A stretch of 64,000 nt of DNA from an uncultured delta proteobacterium (GTDB lineage: Bacteria; Desulfobacterota; RBG-13-43-22), in the NCBI GenBank assembly GCA_963743305.1, contig CAVUPH010000007.1, positions 160,001 to 224,000 on the forward strand, given 5' to 3'. The first letter of the stretch is position 1, and each line of letters begins with the position of its first letter. Below the pieces are notes generated by a model. The model did not search any database. It had not been told where the DNA came from and saw only the letters and a list, made by a program, of their open reading frames with translations. Positions 50,216 through 60,946 of this stretch are shown piece after piece. The position numbers and the translations under genes were made by a program.

Positions 50216-51664
50216 CTAGGCCATCCAGGAGAGGTCGGGGCGTCGGCGATGCCAGTCGGTGGCCTGTTCATAGGCCGAGGCGATGCGCAGGGCCAGTCCT
50301 TCTTTGAAGGGCGGGGCGTAGATCATCAGGCCGACGGGCAGGCCTTGGCGCGTGAATCCGCAGGGAATGGACAGGGCACAGAAATTGAGGACATTGCCGA
50401 TAAAGGTGTTCCGTAGGTACCGAGCGTTGTAGGCGTAGTAGCTTTCGAGGCTCTGGTCCACGACTTTCAAGGGCGCGGAGGGGATGGGGGTGGTGGGAAC
50501 GATCAGGGCGTCAAAATCCCGCAGCCGTTGACGCACCCGTTCTCGAAGGGATTGCCATTGCTTCCAGGTGGAAAGATAATCAACGGCCAAGAGTTGCCGC
50601 CCTTTGACCATACGTCGGGCAATCACCGGATCCAGTTCTTCGAAGTGCCGCACCAGAAAATCGTTGTTGACCACGCAGGCTTCGGCCGCGGTGATGAGGG
50701 GCGTATGGGGATTTTGGATGATTTCGGCGGCCTCGGGCAGATCCAGACTTTCCACCCGCGCTCCGTTAGAGCACAAAATGGTCCTCGCTGCCCGGACCGC
50801 CGCCTCCACCTCCGAGTCGGTCTGATCGAAGAAAACGGTTTCAGCCAGGCCCAGGCGAAGACCGGCCAGACCGGCCTTTAGACCTCCAAGCCAGTCGGCC
50901 GCCGGGACGCGTCGCGTGGTTTCATCGCCTTGATCGATCCCCTGCAATCCCCGGCCGATCAAGGCCGCGTCTTCCACCGAGCGGGTCAACGGTCCGATCG
51001 AGTCCAGGCGAAAGCTCAGCGGGTACACCCCGCTCCGTCCAACGCGGCCCACGGTGGTTTTCAATCCCACCAAACCGCAGAGGGAGGCGGGGATGCGCAC
51101 CGATCCGCCGGTGTCGGTGCCCAGGGCCGCCGGGACCAGCCCGGAGGCGACGGCCACGGCCGATCCGCTGCTGGAGCCGCCGGGAACATGAGGACGCCGT
51201 TTCCAGGGATTGAGGGGCGTGCCCTGATCGTGATTGATTCCCACCCCGCCGTAAGCGAACTGCACCGTCTGGGTCTTTCCGATGAGCACCATTCCGGCCC
51301 GGCGCAGACGTTGTACGGCCCAGGAATCCGACTGGGCCATAGCGTTCTTCCTCAGGCGGGTACCGGCGGTGGTAGGGACCCCTTGAACGTCAAAAAGGTC
51401 CTTGACCGCGTAGGGAACGCCGCAGAGCGGCCCGGGATCGTCCCGTTTCAGCCAGGCCTGCTCCGCCCGCCGGGCCTCGTTCAGTGCCCGTTCCGGGGTG
51501 AGGGCTATAAAGGATTTCAGCCGGGGGTCGAATTTCTGGATCCGCTCCAGCAGGTGCCGGCTGACCTCCACCGGACTCAATGATCGGTCCCGGTAGCGTC
51601 GGATCAGGTCCGAAATAGTCAGGTAATGAATGGGCGGGTCGGATGCCATAATGGCCTCTTTCAA
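50216..51664 (-). CDS. Amidase-signature family enzyme
   Basis: [31 protein letters not shown]; no gatC or gatB neighbours. Confidence 0.88.
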   Translation of the reverse strand: MKEAIMASDPPIHYLTISDLIRRYRDRSLSPVEVSRHLLERIQKFDPRLKSFIALTPERALNEARRAEQAWLKRDDPGPLCGVPYAVKDLFDVQGVPTTAGTRLRKNAMAQSDSWAVQRLRRAGMVLIGKTQTVQFAYGGVGINHDQGTPLNPWKRRPHVPGGSSSGSAVAVASGLVPAALGTDTGGSVRIPASLCGLVGLKTTVGRVGRSGVYPLSFRLDSIGPLTRSVEDAALIGRGLQGIDQGDETTRRVPAADWLGGLKAGLAGLRLGLAETVFFDQTDSEVEAAVRAARTILCSNGARVESLDLPEAAEIIQNPHTPLITAAEACVVNNDFLVRHFEELDPVIARRMVKGRQLLAVDYLSTWKQWQSLRERVRQRLRDFDALIVPTTPIPSAPLKVVDQSLESYYAYNARYLRNTFIGNVLNFCALSIPCGFTRQGLPVGLMIYAPPFKEGLALRIASAYEQATDWHRRRPDLSWMA

Positions 51665-51689
51665 TAAAAGAGAACTTTGGGTAGTTAGC

Positions 51690-51944
51690 TCAAAAAATAT
51701 CGGTTTCCAATCCAGCGGCCAGGAATTGTACCAGTTCCTGCGTGTTGAAGCCGATGAGGAACCGGTCCCCCTTTTGGATTACCGGGACCCGTTTTTGTTT
51801 GGTCAGGCGAATCATGCGGACCATGGCCTCCCGGTCCCGGGACAGATCGAATTCCTGATACGTCACGCCCTTTTGGTGAAAGAACTCTTTCACGGCCAGA
51901 CACTCCGGTCAGGCGGGCAGGGAATAGACCATAATTTCTTCCAT
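51690..51944 (-). CDS. Glutaredoxin-like (NrdH/YruB-type) selenoprotein with UxxC motif
   Basis: GGAG RBS, ATG at 51944, MEEIMVYSLPA-TGA(51911-51909)-PECLAVKEFFHQKGV.YQEFDL...RVPVI...IGFN. The TGA occupies the first Cys position of CxxC. Confidence 0.85.
51876..51893 (-). promoter_or_regulatory. Putative bacterial SECIS hairpin (glutaredoxin-like gene)
   Basis: GUGAAAG-AGUU-CUUUCAC stem-loop starting 15 nt after the UGA, with G in the loop. Confidence 0.6.
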
Positions 51945-52020
51945 GGCATGATCTCCTTGGTTGCCTATAACTTCGAAATACGAAATCCGAAACCAGCCTG
52001 AAGGTCCGAAATCCGGCTAT

Positions 52021-53187
52021 TCAGGTTTTCAGCTTGGTGGTGATGGATTCGATGATTCTCCGTTTAAATACCTCCCGGTCAAAGGTCCGGGCAAAGGATT
52101 GGAGCTTTTCCGGCTGGATCAAGTGAAGATGATCCTCCAAGGTGCGGACGGCCTCCATGAGGGCCTCTTCCGTCTGCTGGTAAAAAAAGACTCCGCTGAA
52201 AAAATCCTTTTTCCCGTCCTGAAGTTCGGTGAGGGGAATCACGGTTTCCAAGGCCCCGCCCAACCCATAGGCCACTACCGGCCGGCCCGAGGCCTGGGCC
52301 TCCAAGGGGGTAATGCCGGCGTCTTCTTCCCCGGGAAAAATCAAGGCCCGGCATTCCCCGTACAACTGTTTAAGCTGTTCAGGATCAGCCCACCCGAACC
52401 AGGTGATATTTTTCTTGGATTCCCCTTGGAGCCGTTCGAGCAGCGGGCCTTTTCCCACGATAATCAGCGGAATTCCTAAGCGATTGAAGGCCCGCACCGC
52501 CAGGTCGACCCGCTTGTAGGGGGCCAGGGCTGTGACCATCAGGTAGTATTCCCGAGGCCCTTCAGCCAGGCTGAATTGGCCCGTGTCGACCGGGACCGGG
52601 ATCACTTCCGCTTCTCGCTGGTAATAGCGCCGGATCCGTTTTCGCACGTGATCGGAGTCGGCTAAAAAGTGATCTACCCGCCGGCAGGTCCGGACATCCC
52701 ATTTCCGAAAAAGAGGGGCGACCAAGGGCATCAGCAGCTTGGGCAGGCGCCCGGCCTGCGATTCCCGACCGAAATAGATGTCGTACATGTCCCAGACGTA
52801 GCGGATGGGGGTGAAAACATAGGAGATGTGCTTCGTCGGGGACTGCGCCCGGGCCGCCTTGGCCACGCAGTGGCTGCTGGACAAGACCAGATCGTAGCCT
52901 TTGAAGGAAAGGCCCTCCATGGCCAGGGGAAAGAGGGGCAGGTAGTTCCGATATTTAGCGGCCAGAAAGGGCAGGTGTTGAATCCAGGTTGTCTGGATGG
53001 GATGCCCTTCGATGGTCGGAGAGACTGTCCCGGGAAAATGGAAGAGGGTATAGAGGTCGGCTTGGGGGAAGATCTCGCAGAAGATCTCCAGGCATTTTTC
53101 TCCACCCCGCATCCCGGTTAACCAGTCATGGACCAGGGCCACCCGCAGGGTTTTCAAAAAGGCCTCGTTCCCTCTGATTTCAGACAT
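52021..53187 (-). CDS. Glycosyltransferase family 4
   Basis: VALVHDWLTGMRGGEK, PYKRVDLA, EDAGITPLEAQASGRPV. Confidence 0.9.
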   Translation of the reverse strand: MSEIRGNEAFLKTLRVALVHDWLTGMRGGEKCLEIFCEIFPQADLYTLFHFPGTVSPTIEGHPIQTTWIQHLPFLAAKYRNYLPLFPLAMEGLSFKGYDLVLSSSHCVAKAARAQSPTKHISYVFTPIRYVWDMYDIYFGRESQAGRLPKLLMPLVAPLFRKWDVRTCRRVDHFLADSDHVRKRIRRYYQREAEVIPVPVDTGQFSLAEGPREYYLMVTALAPYKRVDLAVRAFNRLGIPLIIVGKGPLLERLQGESKKNITWFGWADPEQLKQLYGECRALIFPGEEDAGITPLEAQASGRPVVAYGLGGALETVIPLTELQDGKKDFFSGVFFYQQTEEALMEAVRTLEDHLHLIQPEKLQSFARTFDREVFKRRIIESITTKLKT

Positions 53188-54259
53188 GGCTTTCCTTAAA
53201 AATTTGGAGGACCTTTTGTGCTGAGGCCTTCCAGGAATAAAGGCGGGCCTGGCTCAGTCCGGAGCGGATCATGGTCTGCCGCCGGACCGGGTCGGTCAGG
53301 ATCTGCTTCAGGCCGGAAACCAGGGCTTCCACCTGGAAAGGGTCGACTTGCAGACCCGCTGCGCCGGTGATTTCCGGTAAGGAAGCGGTCCGGCTGACCA
53401 GCACCGGGCAGCCGCAGGCCATGGCCTCCAAAACCGGAAGTCCGAATCCCTCATAGAGTGAGGGGGCCATCAGCACTTGGGCGCTGGAATACAATTGCAC
53501 CAGTTCCGGGTCCGGGCAAAAGGGTAGAACAACCAGTCGTCTCGACAACTCGGCCGGTACCTGATCAGGGGTCAACCCCACCACGACCATTTTCCCCGGA
53601 TAGGTCCCCTCCCGGAGCAATCGCCTGAAGGCCTCCAAGACCCGGGGGAAATTTTTGTGCGGTCGGCTGTTGCCTACATAGAGGATGAAACCGGCCGTAA
53701 GTCCATAACGCTGGAGGAATTCGGGATCTGCCGGCCGGGGGACCCAAAAAGAATCCAACCCATTAGGGATGACTTCGATTTTGGCCTCCTGACCCCCCAG
53801 GTAAGCGACGATGTCCCGCCGGGAACTTTCGGAGACCGTGAAGACCCGCCGGGATCGAACCAGCGCCGGGCGGACCACTAGGCGGTAATACCAGCGGTAT
53901 TTCCAGCCGTAGTCTTGAGGAAAAATCAGGTGAATGAGGTCATGGATCGTCAGGATCGACCGGGAGGCCAGGGCCAGGGGCAGGGCGTAGGTGGGTGAAA
54001 AAAAGAGATCAAAGGGGTCCTTTCTCAGCAGCCAGGGGATCAGCGCCTGTTCCCGAAGGGTGTAGGGGGGAATGGCCACCGTACGCCAGTTGACCCGGGC
54101 GAGGGGCTGAAACCAGTCCTTCACCCAGGGAAAACGGGTTAAGACCAGATACTCGTTTTGAAGGTCCAGGGCCAGCAATTGGTCTAAGAGCTTCAAACAA
54201 AAACGGGCAATGCCATGGGTCTGTTTTTCGATTACCCGAGCATCAAAAATGATTTTCAT
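53180..54259 (-). CDS. Glycosyltransferase family 4 (mannosyltransferase-like)
   Basis: TIHDLI, PHKN, PSLYEGFGLPVLEAMACG. Confidence 0.9.
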   Translation of the reverse strand: MKIIFDARVIEKQTHGIARFCLKLLDQLLALDLQNEYLVLTRFPWVKDWFQPLARVNWRTVAIPPYTLREQALIPWLLRKDPFDLFFSPTYALPLALASRSILTIHDLIHLIFPQDYGWKYRWYYRLVVRPALVRSRRVFTVSESSRRDIVAYLGGQEAKIEVIPNGLDSFWVPRPADPEFLQRYGLTAGFILYVGNSRPHKNFPRVLEAFRRLLREGTYPGKMVVVGLTPDQVPAELSRRLVVLPFCPDPELVQLYSSAQVLMAPSLYEGFGLPVLEAMACGCPVLVSRTASLPEITGAAGLQVDPFQVEALVSGLKQILTDPVRRQTMIRSGLSQARLYSWKASAQKVLQIFKESHV

Positions 54260-54322
54260 CGATGGTTCCCGACAACCCCAAGGTGACCCGGGTTAGATTT
54301 TCACATCCATTGTTCTGAGAAT

Positions 54323-55477
54323 TTAGACAAAAGGGAAACTGAGCTGACCGATCGAACGATACACGTCTAAAGTCTTGCGGGCGGATTCCCGCCAGGTGAA
54401 AAGAGCGGCCTGTTTAAGCCCCCGTTCGCTCAGCCGCTCCCGCTCTTCCGGGTTTTTCAATAAATAAATGATTTTCTCCGCCAGGGCCTGGGGGTCGGAG
54501 GGGTCGATCAACAGCCCGGCGTCCTCCACAATTTCCGGTATGGATGAGCTGTTGGAGGAAATTACCGGGGTGCCGCAGCTCATGGCTTCGAGTACCGGCA
54601 AGCCGAAGCCCTCATAGAGGGAGGGGAAAACGAACACCTCCGCTCCGTTCATAAACAGGGGCAGATCGGTTCGGGGAACATACCCGGTAAAAAGGATCCG
54701 GTCTTTATGGGGATAATCCTGGAGAAAGCGTTGTAAGGACTGGGTCAACCAGCCCGGTTGCCCGCTTAATACCAGGGCGTAATCCTCCTTCATTTCCCGA
54801 CAGACCCGGGCGAAGGCCTGCAAGAGGACGATCAGGTTCTTGCGCGGTTCAATATTTCCGAGGTGATAGAGATATTTCCTAGTCAGGCCGTAACGGTCCC
54901 GCAGGCGGGCTTGCGCCTCTTCCTTTTCCATGGGGCGGAAATGGGGAGTGGGGGCCTCATGGATAACGACGATTTTTTCCGGGGGGACGTTTAAAATGCG
55001 GATCAGATCATCCCGGGTATGGTAGGACACGGAAATAATTTTATCGGCTTGACGCACGGCGTGTTTTAAGATGTAACGCATATAGGCGCCGTATTTGATC
55101 GGAATGGTATGGGGAAAAAGGAAGGCCACCAGATCATGGATGGTGACCACGACGCGAAAACCCGCTTTGCGGAAGGGTATCAGAGAAGCCGGTCCGTGAA
55201 AGACGTCGATGGCCTTTTTTTTTAAGCGAAGCGGAAGAATAAAATGTTCCCAGAGGTCGCCAAAAGGATGGTTTTCATGAGAGAAGATGGTCAAGAGGGA
55301 CCGCACCCGCTGTTGTGACGTGTTCAAGCCAAATAGATTTTCCAGGCGAGACAGAAAAAAATAGGAGGATTCCCGGTCTTCCAGTAGCAGGTTTTCCACC
55401 AGATGGAGCACATAATTACCTACTCCGGAACGAGTGGGTAAGACGGTGCGGATATCGATGGCAATTTTCATTTCCAA
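54323..55477 (-). CDS. Glycosyltransferase family 4 (mannosyltransferase-like)
   Basis: TIHDL, EPRKN, FPSLYEGFGLPVLEAMSCG. Confidence 0.9.
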   Translation of the reverse strand: MEMKIAIDIRTVLPTRSGVGNYVLHLVENLLLEDRESSYFFLSRLENLFGLNTSQQRVRSLLTIFSHENHPFGDLWEHFILPLRLKKKAIDVFHGPASLIPFRKAGFRVVVTIHDLVAFLFPHTIPIKYGAYMRYILKHAVRQADKIISVSYHTRDDLIRILNVPPEKIVVIHEAPTPHFRPMEKEEAQARLRDRYGLTRKYLYHLGNIEPRKNLIVLLQAFARVCREMKEDYALVLSGQPGWLTQSLQRFLQDYPHKDRILFTGYVPRTDLPLFMNGAEVFVFPSLYEGFGLPVLEAMSCGTPVISSNSSSIPEIVEDAGLLIDPSDPQALAEKIIYLLKNPEERERLSERGLKQAALFTWRESARKTLDVYRSIGQLSFPFV

Positions 55478-55498
55478 CCCGGACGATAACGTCTTGCT

Positions 55499-56944
55499 TT
55501 ACTGAGGATACCCGGTAGGGTAATTGAAAAGTCTTTTGACCAGTTGCCAGTCCTCCCAGGCCAGCAGGCGGAAGAGAATCAGCGCCGCCGCGTAAAAGCT
55601 TAGGGCGATCAGACAATAGACGACCACCGGCAGTGTTTTAAACGTCCAGAAAACGATGGCCATCACCGCGCCGCTCAGGGCCAGGGAGGCCGTTTTTCTG
55701 AGCAGGGGAAGGCGTAAAAAAGAGCGCTGCAAGTGAAAGAGATAAAAGGATACCAGGAGCGCTTCCGTGGCTACGGTGATCACACTGGCTCCAAGATACC
55801 CATAACGAGGCAGAAAGAGGAGATTGCTCCCCAGATTGAAAATCAGCGCGAGGGCGCTGCCTATAATGATCAATCTTTCCCGATTCAGGGAGAAGAGGAC
55901 GTGGACCAGGGCGTAATGGACGAAAATGAACGGCACCACCCAGACAATTATTTCCAGGGAAAGAATGGAATTTTGAAAGAGCGGCCCAAAAAGGACCACC
56001 AGCCAGGGATCGGCCAACTGGAAGGTGATGAGGACCAAGGGGATGGCGATCATCACCAGGTAGCCTAAGGATTTTTGATAGGCCTCCTGGAGCAGGGCCT
56101 GGTCCCGGTCGCCCAACAAGGAAAAAATGGGAAAAAGGCCGGACATGATCAGATAGGGGAAGATGGAAAAGGCCTCGATGATCTTGACCGGGACCGAGTA
56201 CCAGCCGATCTCAGCCGTCCCGGACCGTAACAGGGAAAGGAGAATAACGTCTAAGCGGACATAAGCGGTTACAAAGAGAATGGATAAACCGATAGGCCAG
56301 GTGACGCGGAGGAGGTGCTTCCAGAAAGAGAGGTCCATCTGCAACGAGAGGGGAGTGACCCGTTTCCAAATAATGCCCCCGTTCAACAAGAGGCTGAACC
56401 CTTGGGCCAAAACCATAATGACGATCAGCCCCCATAAACCGGCACCCGCCCAGAGAGCGAGCAGGCCGACTAGAACCACCAAACCCTTATTGAGACTTTT
56501 AATGGCCAGTTCGTATTCAAATTTTTCCAGGCTGTTGGTCAGAGCGGCCAGAAATTCCACTAAATGATTGCCGATGAGACTCGACACCCCTAACAAAATC
56601 AAGAGGACCATCTCCCAGGAATACCCCATGGCCGGCAGCAGTCCCAGGGTCAAGAGGACAACCCCCAGGGAGAGCAGCACTTTCAGCGAAAGGATATTTC
56701 CGGCATAGGGCGACAGCAGGTCCCGGCGGCGGGAAACCTCTCGGACCAGCAAAGTGTTTAACCCCAGATCGCAGAAGATGGTAATCAAGCCGGCGAAATA
56801 AAAAACCAGGGAATATTTTCCATAATCTTGGTCGCCCAAGCGGCGGGCCAGGATGACGATGAAGACCACGGCCAAAAGACGAATGACCACTTCCGTGGCA
56901 AATTTTAAGGCAATATTTTTTCGGGCTTGCTTTAGCAGGCTCAT
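55499..56944 (-). CDS. Wzx-type oligosaccharide flippase
   Basis: LARRLG..DYG.YS, DLGL, D.ILL....E.GWY, GYLGAS..TV.TE; about 12-14 TM segments. Confidence 0.88.
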   Translation of the reverse strand: MSLLKQARKNIALKFATEVVIRLLAVVFIVILARRLGDQDYGKYSLVFYFAGLITIFCDLGLNTLLVREVSRRRDLLSPYAGNILSLKVLLSLGVVLLTLGLLPAMGYSWEMVLLILLGVSSLIGNHLVEFLAALTNSLEKFEYELAIKSLNKGLVVLVGLLALWAGAGLWGLIVIMVLAQGFSLLLNGGIIWKRVTPLSLQMDLSFWKHLLRVTWPIGLSILFVTAYVRLDVILLSLLRSGTAEIGWYSVPVKIIEAFSIFPYLIMSGLFPIFSLLGDRDQALLQEAYQKSLGYLVMIAIPLVLITFQLADPWLVVLFGPLFQNSILSLEIIVWVVPFIFVHYALVHVLFSLNRERLIIIGSALALIFNLGSNLLFLPRYGYLGASVITVATEALLVSFYLFHLQRSFLRLPLLRKTASLALSGAVMAIVFWTFKTLPVVVYCLIALSFYAAALILFRLLAWEDWQLVKRLFNYPTGYPQ

Positions 56945-57027
56945 GAGTTTGAAAGCCCGGATTTGGGAGGGAGACTGAGTCCTTTCAGTCGCCGGGTTCA
57001 GTCCTGGGGGGTGTTAACCCGAGGGAC

Positions 57028-58620
57028 CTAATTAAATTCCTGATACAGCTTAATCTTGGCTTTCTGCTGCTGGGCCTTGGTCCATTCCTCCAATAACCGA
57101 CCACTTTTCTGCTGACGCAGTACCGCGGTGAAGCGGTCTTTCTGCTGTTCAAATTCTTCCGACGAGGCCGCCCGATAGGCCTTGAATCCGACGACCCCGT
57201 AGTCGGACCCTATTTTCAGCAGTTTGTCCGCCAGGGGATGGGAGGCGCTCAGGGTCGAGATCGTTTGGAAATTTTCCTGGGAACTGGCCCAGGAGGGGGG
57301 ATTTTTAAAGCGTGAGAAGAATCCGGTTTCTTCCACCGTTAGATTTTTTTCCCGGGCCAGGGCCGTCCAGTCCTTCTGTTGCCGGGCTTCCTTTAGGAAT
57401 TTTTCCGCCTCCGCTTGAGCCAGGAGCGAGGCCTCGTAGACCCTCCAGTCTTGCTCCACGCGAGTGGCGGCCTGGGCGAAAGTCATCGGTTGGCTTTCTT
57501 TACGGTCAACGGATTGAAGAATAAAAAATCCCCGCTGGGGGCCCAGGTCCAGAACGGAGCTGATCCCGCCTTTTTTCAAGGCAAAGGCCTGTTCATAAAA
57601 AGCGGGCTGCCCTTCTAACTCGGTGCCCGGCTTCCCGAAAACCAGCCAGCCGGTTTCCTGGACCTTGGCCTGGACCTTGATTCCAAAAGCCTTTAGGTCT
57701 CCGGATAATAACAGTTGATCATACAGATCCTCCGCCTTCTGCCGGGCGATTTCCCGGATCTTTTCCCCTTTGATGGTCTGACGGATCTTCTCCTGAACTT
57801 GATCCAAGGGCAGGGGCTGGTTCTTCTTCGGGTCCAGGAATTTGGCCTGGTTTTGCTGATAGTAAGCTTGCACCTCTTTTTCCGGCACCTCTACCGAGCT
57901 TTCGAAGTCCCGGGGATCGATCTCCAAGTAGCGGACTCGGACTTCCGCCGGGTTCTGGTAGCGGGCGGAATATTTAGTAAAAAAGGCCTTAACTTGATCG
58001 GGGTGGGGGACGATGTTTTTCTCATAGGCCGCCGGGGAAAACCGGACCAGGTAAAGGTTTGTTTCATCGGAGAGATAGTGGTAAAAATTGCGGACTTCTT
58101 CGGGTTCGATTTTCACGAAATCAGTGATAAAAGATCGCAGCCGTTCCTCCAAGAGGGCGGAGGCCTGTTCGGCTTCAAACTCCTCCGGAGTTATCCGGTT
58201 CGACTGCAGGAGCCCACGGTAACGGGCTGGGCTGAATTTGCCGTTTTCCTGGAAGGCCGGGATTTGTTCGATCTTCCGGGAGAGCGCTTCCGGACTCACG
58301 GAAAATCCCATTTCTTTTCCAAGGTCGGACATAACCTGCTTTTGGATGAGCAAGTCCAGGACTTTCTTTTTAACCTTTAATTCCTTGAGGGCCTTTTCAT
58401 CCAAACGTCCCCCTTCCGTGCCCTGCAGCATTTGAAGGTATTGCTGATAGGCCTGCTGGTATTCATTTTGGGTAATGGTTTTTCCGTTCACCTTGGCGAC
58501 CTTGGCCGTCGGGTCGGATTTGAAGCTGCCCACTCCCCAAAAGACAAAAACGATGGCAATTATGAACAGGGCGATTTTTATCAGCCAGGATTGAGCGTGT
58601 TTGCGCATTAAACTGAGCAT
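57028..58620 (-). CDS. ppiD: PpiD-like periplasmic chaperone (SurA N-terminal domain)
   Basis: MLSLMRK.A.SW..K...FVFWGVG anchor, VAKVNG..I, IPAFQ.NGKF; the parvulin region looks shortened. Confidence 0.8.
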   Translation of the reverse strand: MLSLMRKHAQSWLIKIALFIIAIVFVFWGVGSFKSDPTAKVAKVNGKTITQNEYQQAYQQYLQMLQGTEGGRLDEKALKELKVKKKVLDLLIQKQVMSDLGKEMGFSVSPEALSRKIEQIPAFQENGKFSPARYRGLLQSNRITPEEFEAEQASALLEERLRSFITDFVKIEPEEVRNFYHYLSDETNLYLVRFSPAAYEKNIVPHPDQVKAFFTKYSARYQNPAEVRVRYLEIDPRDFESSVEVPEKEVQAYYQQNQAKFLDPKKNQPLPLDQVQEKIRQTIKGEKIREIARQKAEDLYDQLLLSGDLKAFGIKVQAKVQETGWLVFGKPGTELEGQPAFYEQAFALKKGGISSVLDLGPQRGFFILQSVDRKESQPMTFAQAATRVEQDWRVYEASLLAQAEAEKFLKEARQQKDWTALAREKNLTVEETGFFSRFKNPPSWASSQENFQTISTLSASHPLADKLLKIGSDYGVVGFKAYRAASSEEFEQQKDRFTAVLRQQKSGRLLEEWTKAQQQKAKIKLYQEFN

Positions 58621-58640
58621 AGGGATACCTTAGCACGAAT

Positions 58641-58671
58641 AAAAAAAGGGTCTTACCGAGGCAAGACCCTT
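58641..58671 (-). terminator. Rho-independent terminator of the hdr-flx operon
   Basis: Minus strand AAGGGTCTTGC-CTCG-GTAAGACCC followed by TTTTTTT. Confidence 0.75.
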
Positions 58672-58695
58672 GATGAATAATTAGGCTGGAAGCAA

Positions 58696-60006
58696 TTATT
58701 CTTCTTCCTCTTCCAATTCTTCCATGACCACCCCATCCCGTTCGAACTGGGCGTCGCGCAAAGTCGTGGCCTCGGCGATCTCCTCGTCGCTCCAGGGTTC
58801 GATGACGATGGATTCAGCCAGCAGCTCCCAAAGGTACATGGTTTCAATGGGCAACTGATATTCCTTGGTCAAACCCTTCAGGATCTGATCCCGGCAGTTG
58901 TGGCAGGGGGCGACCACTAGTTCGGCACCGGTTTCGAGGATCTGTTTGGCCTTGACCCGGCCGTAATAGATCCGTTCCTTGTCATAGGGCATCGCCCAGG
59001 CCCCGCCGCCGGCCCCACAGCAATAATTATTCATGTCCGCCGGGTACATATCCACGTAATTGTCTACCAACTGCTGGGTGATCCAGCGGATTTCCGGACC
59101 GTAGCTTTTGCCCAAAACCATCTGGCTCTTACGGGTATAATTGCAGGGATCGTGGGCCGTGGTCAATTGGGGGTGTCGGGATTTATCGATGGTCACCCGA
59201 CCGCTCTGAATATATTCAATCATTAACTCAAACACATTGATTACTTTGAATTCCTTGAAGGCTTCCGGGAACCAGTTTTGCAGACCGACACGGGTCGCAA
59301 AGTAGGCGTGGCCTCACTCCGGTAGGAGGAGGGTTTTGCATTCCAACCTTCGGGCATTCTCCAGTACGCGCCCCACTTGTTCCTTCCAGGCCGGGTCGTC
59401 TCCGGAGAAGAGTCCCCAGTTGACCCCTTCCCAGTTGGTGGAGGAAACGGTCCAGTCCTCCTTGGCGGCGTAGAAGATCTTCCACCAGAATTTCATGTCG
59501 TCCGGTTCGCCGAAGGGTTCCTTGGAGTTGATGGTGGTAATGATATTGGCGCCTTTTTTATCCACCGGCACATAAAACCCGGGGCATCCGTCGTGGGCCA
59601 GTTCCTGCCCCAGATCGGCCAGGAGGCCCAGGAAATCATCCCGGGGGATACCCAGGTTGTTGCCCCGCTGCAGGTTCATCATGGTCCCTTTGTGGATGGG
59701 ACCCGGCACCTTATCCCGGTCCCGTAATCCCCGGGCCTTGCGGAAGGTTTTCATTAAATTGATGCCCATGGGGCACTGGTTCTCACAGCGGCCGCAGAGG
59801 GTGCAGATCCAGGGCCAGCGGGAGGCAATCAGCTCATCATCCAGACCCAGGGCGGCCATACGGATGGCCTTGCGGGGATCGAAGCCGTCTATCCCGGTCA
59901 CCGGGCAACCGCCGGCACAGGTGCCGCAGGTGAAACAGAGATCGGCCATCTTGGCATCCACGGCCAGTTTCCTGTTTTTCTTGTTTACCTTGAGGGGTTC
60001 AGCCAT
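58696..60006 (-). CDS. HdrC-like ferredoxin + CCG-domain Fe-S oxidoreductase (HdrD/GlpC-like), selenocysteine-containing
   Basis: CFTCGTCAGGCP and CTLCGRCENQCP, then LLLPE-TGA(59316-59314)-GHAYFATR in frame with HDPCN, CCGAGGG and APCHNC. Joins two ORF-track pieces into 436 aa. Confidence 0.88.
59277..59301 (-). promoter_or_regulatory. Putative bacterial SECIS hairpin (HdrD-like gene)
   Basis: UUUGC-GACC / CGUGUC loop / GGUC-U-GCAAA, starting 12 nt after the UGA, with a bulged U and GU in the loop. Confidence 0.65.
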
Positions 60007-60076
60007 AGCAACACTCCTTAAGTAGAAAATAAATAAACGATTAAAATATATCTCTTTGTTTCTTGAAATACAAGAC

Positions 60077-60946
60077 TTAATATTCCTTGGGCAGGCTGTT
60101 CAACTTGGCCAGGGTGAAGACCGGACCGTCCTTGCAGACGAATTCCGGGCCGACGCTGCAGCGGCCGCACATGCCGATGCCGCACTTCATCCTGTTTTCC
60201 AGGCTCATGATAATCCGTTCCGCGGGAAAACCCAGTTTTTCCAGCACCGGTTGGGTGAACTTGATCATAATGGGCGGGCCGCAAACCAAGGCGAAAGCGT
60301 CTTTGGCGCCGGGGGCCTTTTTTTCGGTTATGGCCGGGACGAAACCCACGTTGTATTTCCAGTCCGGGTCGTCGGTGCCGTCCACGGTGATATGCATTTT
60401 AATGTCGTCTCGGGCCTCCCAGGCGGCCAATTCTTCCTTGTATAGGAGCATACCCGGTGATCGGGCCCCGTAGATGACGGTAATATCCTTGAAACGGGAT
60501 CTATTGCCGGGTTCCAGAAGATAAATAATAGTGGAGCGCAGGGTGGTGAAGGCAAAGCCGCCGGCCACGATGACGATGTTCTTTCCTTCCATTTTTTCCA
60601 GAGGATACCAGTTACCCAGAGGCCCGCGAACCCCCATAATTTCCCCTTCTTTCATATTATGGAGAAAGGAGGATACCAATCCGACTTTGTTGACCGTGAA
60701 TTTAATGAATCCCTGTTCCGTGGGCGAAGAGGCGATCCCGATAGGGATTTCTCCCCTTCCGGCTATGGACAGTTCGGCGAACTGTCCGGAATGGTAGGAA
60801 AAGCGCTGTTCGTCTGCCGGGTCCAGGAAAACGAATTTAAATGTTTTCAAGTTCCGGTCCTCGGTCTCGGTGACGATCTGATCGATACGGACCGGATAAG
60901 GTTTATAGGGATTTACCACGAAGACACCCCCTCTATTTCGCCTCAA
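60077..60946 (-). CDS. flxA: FAD/NAD-binding oxidoreductase subunit (FlxA / HydG-like)
   Basis: GQFA, RGPLGN, VAGG, VCGPPIM, MKCGIGMCGRC....VCKDGPVF. Confidence 0.85.
   Translation of the reverse strand: MRRNRGGVFVVNPYKPYPVRIDQIVTETEDRNLKTFKFVFLDPADEQRFSYHSGQFAELSIAGRGEIPIGIASSPTEQGFIKFTVNKVGLVSSFLHNMKEGEIMGVRGPLGNWYPLEKMEGKNIVIVAGGFAFTTLRSTIIYLLEPGNRSRFKDITVIYGARSPGMLLYKEELAAWEARDDIKMHITVDGTDDPDWKYNVGFVPAITEKKAPGAKDAFALVCGPPIMIKFTQPVLEKLGFPAERIIMSLENRMKCGIGMCGRCSVGPEFVCKDGPVFTLAKLNSLPKEY

Noticed and set aside
50216-51664. gatA assignment for the amidase
   Set aside because: No gatC or gatB is adjacent and GatA-specific segments are not evident, so it is called a generic amidase.
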